Positions 45,849 to 53,842 of a stretch of 64,000 bases of DNA are shown in pieces. The DNA is taken from the NCBI GenBank assembly GCA_007376385.1, contig VMGC01000001.1:343898-407897 (forward strand). The letters run 5' to 3'. Each line of letters begins with the position of its first letter. Within the stretch, counting starts at the first letter, position 1. Source of the DNA: Parcubacteria group bacterium Gr01-1014_8 (GTDB lineage: Bacteria; Patescibacteriota; Minisyncoccia; Phycocordibacterales; UBA2100). The notes under the pieces were generated by a model. It saw only the letters and a program-made list of their open reading frames with translations, did no database searches and had not been told where the DNA came from. The position numbers were made by a program, and so were the translations under genes.

Positions 45849-46454
45849 ATGACAAGAGCTCAAATGGATCATTCGGGATTGTTTCTTATTATTCTTATGC
45901 TTTGCGTTTCTGCTGTCGCCTTACCGCTTCGCGCGCACGCACAGGAGAATACAGTAACCTCCATTCTCCAAAGCGTTTTGAATCTACAACAACAGATCAT
46001 GCAGCTTCTTACGTCGCCGACATTTTTCATTAGTCCGACTCTCAAGCGAGTCGGCATTGGCACGAAAACTCCGGTATCAACGCTGGACGTGAATGCCGCG
46101 GATGACGCCGACACAACGCTACTCGTGCGATACGCAGGGAACCTCGGTCATCGCGCTTCTCTCATACTCTCGAACAAAGCGATAGGGCAGTCGGAGGGAA
46201 GCGCGGGTATTTGGACCATAGTTGCGGGGAATAAACAGACAGGAACTCTTGGTCAGCGTCTCGGTATTTCTGGGCATAACGGTACGCCTGATCCGAACTA
46301 CAAATTTATGCTTGATTTCAATGGCAATGTGGAATTAGGAAACGATATGAATCCTGCCGGTATCACGCTCTACGATACAGTAACGAAACAACCGTACTGC
46401 ATTCGCATAACAAATGGCATGCTGACTCCTTCAGTCGGCAATTGTTCGCAGTAA
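45849..46454 (+). CDS. Secreted protein carrying a repeat unit related to the giant surface protein (…RVGIGTKTPVSTLDVNA…)
   Basis: Signal peptide 'LFLIILMLCVSAVALPLRAHA'. 'VGIGTKTPVSTLDV' matches the NVGIGTTSP…KLDV repeat logic of ORF 1..8856. Confidence 0.5.
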   Translation: MTRAQMDHSGLFLIILMLCVSAVALPLRAHAQENTVTSILQSVLNLQQQIMQLLTSPTFFISPTLKRVGIGTKTPVSTLDVNAADDADTTLLVRYAGNLGHRASLILSNKAIGQSEGSAGIWTIVAGNKQTGTLGQRLGISGHNGTPDPNYKFMLDFNGNVELGNDMNPAGITLYDTVTKQPYCIRITNGMLTPSVGNCSQ

Positions 46455-46671
46455 CTCCCAAATGGATGAGCTCGACCAACAACCTCTTCTCGGGACTACC
46501 GCTCAAGAGAAGTTGAAAGATCTAGCGGCGATATTGGGAAAGCGCATAACAAAAGATCCGCCTCTTGATGTGGGATGTATAGAAAAACTAGCGCACTCGT
46601 GATTTGCAGAAATGTTGAATTAGAGCGGAGTTCTCGATGAAATTAGATGCTTAGGCGAGAGAAACGTTGAC

Positions 46672-46700
46672 TTGCTTCAAGCGTTATTTTTCAGTATAGT
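46672..46700 (+). promoter_or_regulatory. Candidate sigma70-type promoter for rpmE (-35 ttgctt, 17-nt spacer, -10 tatagt)
   Basis: Sequence ttgcttcaagcgttatttttcagtatagt ends 8 nt upstream of the rpmE ATG. No obvious SD. Confidence 0.3.
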
Positions 46701-46708
46701 GCTCGCTC

Positions 46709-46978
46709 ATGAAGAAGGATATCCATCCGGCAGACTATAGGCAGGTTATCTTCGAGGACGTGACTTCGGGCGCACGTTTTTTGATCGCTTCGACGATGAA
46801 AACCTCTAAGACATCAAAATGGGAGGACGGAAAGGAATATCCGACCCACGAAGTTGAAATCTCAAGCGCATCACATCCGTTCTACACTGGCACCGCAAAG
46901 GTCTTGGACACAGGCGGACGCGTGGAGCGATTCAAGGCTCGCCAGGCTAAGCAGAAGCCAGCTAAGAAGGCAAAGTAA
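46709..46978 (+). CDS. rpmE: 50S ribosomal protein bL31 (type B, non-zinc form)
   Basis: '[13 protein letters not shown]…[23 protein letters not shown]'. No CxxC pairs. Confidence 0.85.
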   Translation: MKKDIHPADYRQVIFEDVTSGARFLIASTMKTSKTSKWEDGKEYPTHEVEISSASHPFYTGTAKVLDTGGRVERFKARQAKQKPAKKAK

Positions 46979-46994
46979 CCACCCTATACGATTG

Positions 46995-47020
46995 CAGCCC
47001 GCGAGTGCGGGCTGTTGCTT
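46995..47020 (+). terminator. Candidate intrinsic terminator after rpmE (cagcccgc-gagt-gcgggctg followed by ttgcttgt)
   Basis: 8-bp perfect GC-rich stem with a weakly T-rich tail. Confidence 0.4.
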
Positions 47021-47040
47021 GTATACTGAACAAAAAACCT

Positions 47041-48021
47041 ATGGCTTCAATAAATCCAGACGACTACGCGGACGACCACCGAGTGTCGTATTTGGTGTCG
47101 GAATGGAAAAAACTTACGCAAGCGGAAAAGGACGCAACAGAACTCATTGAAGTGGACCCGTCGATGAAAGATTTGGCGGAGAAAGAACTCTCGGAAATTG
47201 GGACAGCAAAAGAAGCGCTGATGAAAGATCTTGAGAAGATAGTCGGGGCAGATAACGAACGTGAGTGGCCCAATGAGGTAGTTCTCGAAGTTCGTGCGGG
47301 GGTCGGAGGCGAAGAGGCGTCGCTTTTTGCCGAGGAATTGGCCCTCATGTATCTTCGCTTCGCTGAAACACGTGGGTGGTCAGCAAAGAAGGTAGAAGAA
47401 TCGAGGGCTGCACTCGGGGGCATAAAAGAAGGGCAGTTCCAGATAAAGGGAGAGAATTGCTATCGTGAATTGCAGTTCGAGACCGGCGTGCACCGCGTAC
47501 AGCGCGTGCCGGCGACTGAAAAAGCTGGCCGTATACATACATCAACCGCCTCCGTTGCGATCCTTCCCATATATAAGCGCACCAAGATAGACATCAATCC
47601 GGCGGATCTTGAGATAGAATTTTCTCGCTCCGGCGGTGCAGGAGGCCAAAATGTTAACAAGGTTGAGACGGCCGTGCGCATTATTCATAAGCCGACGGGT
47701 ATTGATGTGCGTTGCACGTCCGAGCGCAGTCAATTGCAGAACCGCGAGAAAGCAATGAAGCTCCTCACCAGCCGCCTGCAACAAAAGAAGGATGAAGAGG
47801 AGGCGAGATTGCGTTCAGCAGACCGTAAAGAGCAGGTCGGGACCGCAGATAGGTCCGAAAAGATACGTACCTACAATTTTCCCCAGGACAGGGTCACCGA
47901 CCACCGGATAAAGGAATCGTGGTCGAATATTCCAAAGATAATGGCAGGAAATTTAGGTCCCATTATCGAGGCGCTGCACATACTAGACCCAGAATATAAG
48001 CCTGTTGCGACCCTCCAGTAA
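47041..48021 (+). CDS. prfA: Peptide chain release factor 1
   Basis: '[23 protein letters not shown]' GGQ motif. '[17 protein letters not shown]' PxT-type codon-recognition motif (RF1). Start at 'MASINPDD'. Confidence 0.85.
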   Translation: MASINPDDYADDHRVSYLVSEWKKLTQAEKDATELIEVDPSMKDLAEKELSEIGTAKEALMKDLEKIVGADNEREWPNEVVLEVRAGVGGEEASLFAEELALMYLRFAETRGWSAKKVEESRAALGGIKEGQFQIKGENCYRELQFETGVHRVQRVPATEKAGRIHTSTASVAILPIYKRTKIDINPADLEIEFSRSGGAGGQNVNKVETAVRIIHKPTGIDVRCTSERSQLQNREKAMKLLTSRLQQKKDEEEARLRSADRKEQVGTADRSEKIRTYNFPQDRVTDHRIKESWSNIPKIMAGNLGPIIEALHILDPEYKPVATLQ

Positions 48022-48067
48022 TCCTGCTACAATCGCGCCTGCCCTGGATAGGGCTCTATTTTTAGAT

Positions 48068-48763
48068 ATGGTTACAGCTCAAGCAGAAATGAAAAGGCTC
48101 TATGACGCCGGGGCGCACTTTGCGCTTCCGCGTGCCAGGCGCCACCCTTCAGCTGTTCCCTTTATTTTCAACACAAAAGACCGCACCGATATTTTTGACC
48201 TGGAAGAAACGTCCAAGAGACTCCATGGTGCGCACGAATTCGTACGCGACCTCGCAAAGAAAGGAAAGACGCTCGTGTTTGTTGGTGGCAAGAATGAGGT
48301 CATCGCGGCTGTAAAAGAAGCGGCTGAACGAGTGGGCGCTCCATATGTTGCTGGGAGGTGGATCGGGGGAACACTTACGAACTTCAAGAATATTAGAAAG
48401 CGCATAGACCGGCTAGAGAAATTGATGGAAGAGCGTGGGGCAGGGCAGCTCGAGAAGTACACGAAGCGCGAGCGTCTCATGATAGACCGCGAGATCGATG
48501 AACTTCTAGGGCGGTTCGGAGGCATTGTATCGCTGCGCGACCTACCGGGCGCACTCTTTGTGGTAGATACGCGTCACGAGAATACAGCAGTGCGCGAGGC
48601 AAATCAGCTCGGCATTCCAGTTCTCGGGCTCTCAAGTTCCGATTGCGATTTCGCACTTATCCAGTATCCGATACCTGCAAACGATACATCGGTAAAAAGC
48701 GTCCGCTTCGTAACAGAGAGTATCGCTGACGCGTATCAAGAAGGGAAGGTTCCCGCGAAGTAA
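48068..48763 (+). CDS. rpsB: 30S ribosomal protein uS2
   Basis: 'LYDAGAHFALPRARRHPSAVPFIF…DIFDLEET', 'VAGRWIGGTLTNF', 'VVDTRHENTAVREANQLGIPV'. Start at 'MVTAQAEMK'. Confidence 0.85.
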   Translation: MVTAQAEMKRLYDAGAHFALPRARRHPSAVPFIFNTKDRTDIFDLEETSKRLHGAHEFVRDLAKKGKTLVFVGGKNEVIAAVKEAAERVGAPYVAGRWIGGTLTNFKNIRKRIDRLEKLMEERGAGQLEKYTKRERLMIDREIDELLGRFGGIVSLRDLPGALFVVDTRHENTAVREANQLGIPVLGLSSSDCDFALIQYPIPANDTSVKSVRFVTESIADAYQEGKVPAK

Positions 48764-48816
48764 TGCGGGAAAGACAGGCTGGACGCCGTTGATTAAAAGC
48801 TTTACGCTAGTTCGAT

Positions 48817-49401
48817 ATGGCTATCACTACGGATGTAATAAAAACCCTAAGGGATAAAACCGGTGTTTCCATCATGCAGTGCAAGAAAGCGCTTGAGGAG
48901 GCTGGAGGGGATATAGAAAAGGCAAAGGTTATCCTTCGGAAGATAAGCGCAACTATCGCGAGCAAAAAAGCAGATCGCACTCTTGGCGCGGGAACTGTCG
49001 CTGCGTATACGCATGCGGGGGGCGCTGTAGCTGGCGTTGTAGTGTTAGCATGCGAAACAGACTTCGTTTCGAAGAATGAGGGATTCATAAAGCTGGCCTA
49101 CGATATTGCGATGCATGTGGCCGCGATGGCGCCGCAATTCAGGACAAAAGAAGATGTGAGGGACGCGGATGTCAAAGCGGCTCGGGAGGTTTTCGAGAAG
49201 GAAGCAGCAAACGTGCCTGATGGCATGCGCCAAAAGGTCATAGACGGTAAGCTGGACAGCTATTTGAAGGACAAAGTGCTCCTGGAACAGCCATTTGTGA
49301 AAGACCAGGCTCAAACAGTGAGACAGCTCATCGAGTCGGCTGTTCAGAAGTTCGGCGAAAAGATAGAAGTAGTGCGATTTGAACGCCTCTCGGTAAAATA
49401 G
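48817..49401 (+). CDS. tsf: Elongation factor Ts (short form)
   Basis: 'MAITTDVIKTLRDKTGVSIMQCKKALEEAGGDIEKAKVILRK' UBA-like N-terminus. Confidence 0.9.
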   Translation: MAITTDVIKTLRDKTGVSIMQCKKALEEAGGDIEKAKVILRKISATIASKKADRTLGAGTVAAYTHAGGAVAGVVVLACETDFVSKNEGFIKLAYDIAMHVAAMAPQFRTKEDVRDADVKAAREVFEKEAANVPDGMRQKVIDGKLDSYLKDKVLLEQPFVKDQAQTVRQLIESAVQKFGEKIEVVRFERLSVK

Positions 49402-49413
49402 AGGTATACTCGT

Positions 49414-49854
49414 ATGGTGGTCAGTGCAATAACAGTCTTCTTTGTGTCTCTTGCCGGCATTGTCGGCCTTTTCTCCCTCAAGGTGCTTGAGGAGAAGCGA
49501 GAGCGAGCATTCGTGTCTTCTATGCGCGATTCCATCGATTCCGTGGCACTGAAATTTAAGTCTTTGCTCCTTCGAGGGGAGATCTTTCTCTCGAAACTTC
49601 CATCGCTCTCGGCGTACCTCGCTCTTAAGGCTCTTGCCGCGAGTGCTGTAGGATTTGCGCGTCTCGCGCGAATGGCGGCAGAATCTGCGCACAGGCTTGC
49701 AGACTTTGTCTCGCACAAACACAATTTTGAACGGCGCGAGACGCGCTCGGATTTTTTAAAACAAGTGAGTGAGTTTTCCATAAAGCAGAATATCGTTTCT
49801 CCGGGGAATGTCCCCGTGGGGAAGGTGATGCACGATATTGATGTTCGAGAATAA
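49414..49854 (+). CDS. Small membrane protein, unknown
   Basis: N-terminal TM 'VVSAITVFFVSLAGIVGLFSL'. 146 aa. Confidence 0.4.
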   Translation: MVVSAITVFFVSLAGIVGLFSLKVLEEKRERAFVSSMRDSIDSVALKFKSLLLRGEIFLSKLPSLSAYLALKALAASAVGFARLARMAAESAHRLADFVSHKHNFERRETRSDFLKQVSEFSIKQNIVSPGNVPVGKVMHDIDVRE

Positions 49855-49874
49855 ACAGGGCAGAATAGCGCCAC

Positions 49875-49947
49875 GCCGCCTTAGCTCAGTCGGTAGAGCA
49901 ACTCTTTTGTAAAGAGAAGGTCCCCAGTTCGAGTCTGGGAGGCGGCT
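49875..49947 (+). tRNA. tRNA-Thr (anticodon UGU)
   Basis: Acceptor stem gccgcct/aggcggc. D-arm gctc-agtcggta-gagc. Anticodon stem actct/agaga (one A:A mismatch) with loop tttgtaa. T-arm cccag-ttcgagt-ctggg. Discriminator T. 73 nt. CCA not encoded. Confidence 0.8.
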
Positions 49948-49952
49948 CCGGT

Positions 49953-51527
49953 ATGAACATTCCTGAAGTTACAGATTTAGCGCAAAAAGGTGGGAAGTAT
50001 TGGTACCTTCATGTTGCAAGGGCAACCGAATTAACGGGACGTGACCGAGTTCTGTATCGCGCATTCGAGATGCTGCCGGGAATTCTGTCGATAGCGACGC
50101 TGGCCGCCTTTGTGGGGCTTGCATTCCTAAAGCCAGTGTGGGCCGCATACCTCACTATTGTTTTTTCCATCTACTGGCTGTTCAAGACATTCTATATGTC
50201 GATGCACTTGCGGCATAATTTTCGCCGCATGAAACACAATCTTGCGCTCGATTGGAACGAGCGGCTTAACGTGCTTGGCAAGAGGCACTCAGATATCGTA
50301 CATATGGTCATATTTCCTTTTTATATGGAAGGATATGAAGTCGTAGAAGAAAGTATGCAAGGGCTTTTTCGCGCAGCATGGGACCCAAAGCATATTGCGG
50401 TAGTCCTCGCAGTTGAGTCTCGTGCCGGCAAAGAACAGCTTGAAACTGCAGAGCGGATACGGACAGAATTCGAACATACGTTTCTCTCACTCATCATCAC
50501 CGTTCACCCTGCGGGTGTTGCCGGAGAAATTCCCGGCAAAGGCTCCAATATTTCATTTGCCGCAGAAGAGGCAAGGAAGCTTATTCTTGATGCAAAGAAT
50601 ATTCCGTATGAACATGTGTTGGTTTCGGCGTTTGACATTGATACCGTCGTCTATGAGCAGTATTTTGCATGTCTGACGTGGAATTTTCTTACTGCCGAGG
50701 ATCCGCAGCGCTCATCGTTCCAGCCAGTTCCGCTCTACAACAACAACATATGGGAGGCCCCGATGTTGTCTAGGGTCATAGGCTATTCAAGTTCATTTTG
50801 GCAAATGATCCAGCAAGAGCGACCAGAAAAATTAGCAACTTTCTCGTCGCATGCTGTCCCATTCCCTGCGCTCTATGAGGCCGGGTACTGGCAGCGCAAT
50901 GTCGTTTCAGAAGATTCCCGTATCTTTTGGAATTTATTCGTGCGATATGACGGAGATTATCGGGTGATACCGCTTGCCTATCCCGTCTCAATGGATGCCA
51001 ACGTTGCGCCGACTTTTTGGGGTACCGTAAAAAACATTTACAGACAACATCGCCGATGGACATACGGCGCCGAGAATATCGCATACATCCTTTTTGCGTT
51101 CACTAAAAATCCTCGCATCCCCCTTTGGAGAAAGATAAAGGCAGCCGCTGTCCAGTTAGAAGGTTTTTGGTCTCTCGCTACGCACCCGCTTATCTTGTTC
51201 GCCATCGGGTGGCTTCCTATCGTCGTCGGCGGCAGGGGATTCAACGCGACTGTACTCTCCTACAATTTACCCTTGATCGCAAAGGGATTTCTTACGGCCG
51301 CGATGTTCGGTCTCATCGTTTCCGCCATCATCTCTAGTTCACTTGTTCCCAGACGTCCATCTGAATACACTCGTCTACGCTCTGTTGCGCTCTTTCTCCA
51401 ATGGATACTAGTTCCCTTTACGATGGTCATGTTTAGCTCTATTCCAGGACTCGATGCGCAGATGCGCCTTCTCACGGGCCGATACCTCGGTTTTTGGGTG
51501 ACACCAAAGATGAGGGCGCCAAAGTGA
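49953..51527 (+). CDS. Membrane-bound family 2 glycosyltransferase (processive beta-glycosyltransferase/cellulose-synthase-like)
   Basis: N- and C-terminal TM helices. 'VSAFDIDTV' DxD-like. 'QHRRWTYG' Q(Q/R)xRW motif. Confidence 0.65.
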   Translation: MNIPEVTDLAQKGGKYWYLHVARATELTGRDRVLYRAFEMLPGILSIATLAAFVGLAFLKPVWAAYLTIVFSIYWLFKTFYMSMHLRHNFRRMKHNLALDWNERLNVLGKRHSDIVHMVIFPFYMEGYEVVEESMQGLFRAAWDPKHIAVVLAVESRAGKEQLETAERIRTEFEHTFLSLIITVHPAGVAGEIPGKGSNISFAAEEARKLILDAKNIPYEHVLVSAFDIDTVVYEQYFACLTWNFLTAEDPQRSSFQPVPLYNNNIWEAPMLSRVIGYSSSFWQMIQQERPEKLATFSSHAVPFPALYEAGYWQRNVVSEDSRIFWNLFVRYDGDYRVIPLAYPVSMDANVAPTFWGTVKNIYRQHRRWTYGAENIAYILFAFTKNPRIPLWRKIKAAAVQLEGFWSLATHPLILFAIGWLPIVVGGRGFNATVLSYNLPLIAKGFLTAAMFGLIVSAIISSSLVPRRPSEYTRLRSVALFLQWILVPFTMVMFSSIPGLDAQMRLLTGRYLGFWVTPKMRAPK

Positions 51528-51580
51528 TGTCTCCACTTCAAGACCTGGCTACCGTGGATAACTGGCGGTAACCTGTCCCT

Positions 51581-52408
51581 ATGCAGCCTCTCTCAAATAT
51601 GAAAAGGCGTTTCTATCTCGTAGGACTTATCCTCCTTTTTGTCATTCTTTTGCCCATTGTTATTTTTTTTGCCGACGGCTATCGATATCGTTCTGGGTCG
51701 GGCTTTGTTCAAACAGGCGGAATTTATATTTCCGTACCGTATTCGAATGCCAATGTTTACTTTGATAGAACTCTGTATGGCAGGAGTTCTTTTTTGCGGC
51801 GCAGTTTCTACATTGATAACCTCACCCCCGGGCAGTACGTTATCCGCGTCGAGCAGCCAGGCGCAAATACATGGGAGCGTACTCTGTACGTAGAGCCTCA
51901 GCTCGTTACAGACACGAGCGCGCTTCTCGTTCCCCTCGAATTCGAAATGCTAAAAATAATCACAGCGACAAGCACCGCGACAACGACACGAACGCTTACG
52001 CGCACGGCATTTCAGGACATGCAAACTGTCTTTTCTAAGCCGCTTGCAACAACAACGGCGTCGAGCGTTGCGGGTCTCTCCGTCGTTCTCGAGAAAGGCA
52101 ACGTGTATGAAAGGAGAAATCAAGTGAACAACATACTCCCCCCGAGCAATTTCTGCATACGCCCTTCCCAATGTGTCTCAGAGATCGCCATCGAGAACGG
52201 CCCTGATACCGCAATTTCGGCAGCATATTTTGGCGGCGGCATCATATATGCGATAAAAGAGAGGGGCGTCTTCTTTTCAGAATCAGATATACGGTTCGCA
52301 CCGGTAGTTGTCTCTCTGTACCCCAAAAAAGGAGCGGATTTTCGCATCATTGACGATGCGCTTATCGTGAAAGATGAGGCCGCGTACTACGAGATTCTGG
52401 GGCTCTGA
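51581..52408 (+). CDS. Membrane-anchored protein with a possible PEGA-like beta-sandwich domain, unknown function
   Basis: TM 'FYLVGLILLFVILLPIVIFF'. 'LTPGQYVIRVEQPGANTWERTLYVEPQ'. Confidence 0.35.
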   Translation: MQPLSNMKRRFYLVGLILLFVILLPIVIFFADGYRYRSGSGFVQTGGIYISVPYSNANVYFDRTLYGRSSFLRRSFYIDNLTPGQYVIRVEQPGANTWERTLYVEPQLVTDTSALLVPLEFEMLKIITATSTATTTRTLTRTAFQDMQTVFSKPLATTTASSVAGLSVVLEKGNVYERRNQVNNILPPSNFCIRPSQCVSEIAIENGPDTAISAAYFGGGIIYAIKERGVFFSESDIRFAPVVVSLYPKKGADFRIIDDALIVKDEAAYYEILGL

Positions 52409-52529
52409 TACGTTATACCCCGTGAGATAAATAACATAGAGTCGGTATTCAAAATCCGATTTTCGTCGCAGACTTTATAATAATATTACAATTTCGGATG
52501 TTGTTATCTCATGGGGTATACTGCGCGAC

Positions 52530-53258
52530 ATGAAGGGTCACATTCATCCCGTTTCTTCTCTCATTCGTGAGGCGAATAAGATATTCAACGGGATGGGCTT
52601 TACGTTTGCAGAAGGCCCGCTCCTCGAGGATGAAAAGCACAATTTTGATGATTTGAATGTACCCAAAGAGCATCCTGCAAGGGATATGCAAGATACGTTC
52701 TTCGTAAAGGACGAGCCTGGATTTGTTCTGCGCACGCATACTTCTCCTGTGCAGGTTCGCTACATGGAATCGCAGATCAAGAAGAAGATCCAACCGCCAT
52801 ATCGAGTCATTGTTCCGGGCAAAGTATTTCGAAATGAAGCAACAGACATAACGCACGAGGCGGAGTTTTTTCAACTCGAAGGCCTCGCCGTCGGAGAGGA
52901 TATAACGCTGGCGAATCTTAAGGGCACGCTCGCGCGTTTTTTCAAAGAGTTATTTAAAGGGGCAAACGTCGAGATTCGTTTTCGTCCCAGCTTTTTCCCG
53001 TTTGTTGAACCGGGCGTAGAAGTAGACATGCGCGTCGTTGGCGAGAGCGCGCCGGAAAAATTGCGTGACAGATGGATAGAGATGATGGGTGCGGGCATGG
53101 TGCATCCAAATGTATTGAAGAATGCAGGCGTTGACCCGACAAAATATCAAGGCTTCGCATTTGGCATGGGACTCGATAGGCTGGCGATGCTTCGGTGGGG
53201 CATTGACGACATACGCTTGATGCATTCAGCAGATCTGCGGTTCATTAACCAATTTTGA
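52530..53258 (+). CDS. pheS: Phenylalanine--tRNA ligase alpha subunit (short form, catalytic core only)
   Basis: 'EHPARDMQDTFF', 'LRTHTSPVQVRYM', 'FRPSFFPFVEPGVEVD', 'GAGMVHPNVL' class II motifs. Confidence 0.9.
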   Translation: MKGHIHPVSSLIREANKIFNGMGFTFAEGPLLEDEKHNFDDLNVPKEHPARDMQDTFFVKDEPGFVLRTHTSPVQVRYMESQIKKKIQPPYRVIVPGKVFRNEATDITHEAEFFQLEGLAVGEDITLANLKGTLARFFKELFKGANVEIRFRPSFFPFVEPGVEVDMRVVGESAPEKLRDRWIEMMGAGMVHPNVLKNAGVDPTKYQGFAFGMGLDRLAMLRWGIDDIRLMHSADLRFINQF

Positions 53259-53259
53259 T

Positions 53260-53841
53260 ATGGTTGAGCAGAAACAGCGAATTCAGTTCCAGAAGGATGG
53301 ACCACGGACATTTGAATCGGCAGCGTCCCATGACGTAAAGCATCTTAAGGATAATCTCGAATTGTTTCTTTTCCACTTTCCACCCGAGAGTCGCAAGGGA
53401 GACGTAGTGCCGAATATGACGCTTCGTATCGAGAACGCAGTCAATATACTGGAGCGTTCGCCCAACGTCATGAAATTACAGAGCAAGAATGACCAAACAG
53501 TTTGCACAACGTATGCGATACCAAACCATAGTGCAGGCATGTTTTTTTTCGATGATGTGAACGGAGTGCTTGCAGGTATGGCATTTGTTGTGTTCTCGAG
53601 GAATGGAGCCATTGTAGCGCCGACTGTCGAATGGGTCGGGACTCTGCCGGATTTTTCAAATATGGGGCTGAATACCGAACGAATTAAACGTGTTGCTGCA
53701 TATTGCCGGACTCAAGGATGGCCGCCGCTTGAAGCCACTAACGGGTTCGTGGACGATTTTGCACGCAAAACTTGGCAGAGCCTCGTGCAAGAAGGAGTTG
53801 TCGTCGAATATGAAAAAGATAAATTTCGCTTCATAAAGTGA
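53260..53841 (+). CDS. Hypothetical protein encoded between pheS and pheT
   Basis: 193 aa ORF tightly packed (2-nt gaps) between pheS and pheT. No confident motif; a GNAT-like fold cannot be excluded. Confidence 0.4.
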   Translation: MVEQKQRIQFQKDGPRTFESAASHDVKHLKDNLELFLFHFPPESRKGDVVPNMTLRIENAVNILERSPNVMKLQSKNDQTVCTTYAIPNHSAGMFFFDDVNGVLAGMAFVVFSRNGAIVAPTVEWVGTLPDFSNMGLNTERIKRVAAYCRTQGWPPLEATNGFVDDFARKTWQSLVQEGVVVEYEKDKFRFIK

Positions 53842-53842
53842 T

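Noticed and set aside
45598-45850. tmRNA, RNase P RNA or SRP RNA in the 45.6-45.85 kb intergenic region
   Set aside because: No conserved RNase P P4 or SRP domain-IV motifs, and no tRNA-like end with a tag-peptide ORF. It is kept only as an unclassified inverted-repeat element.
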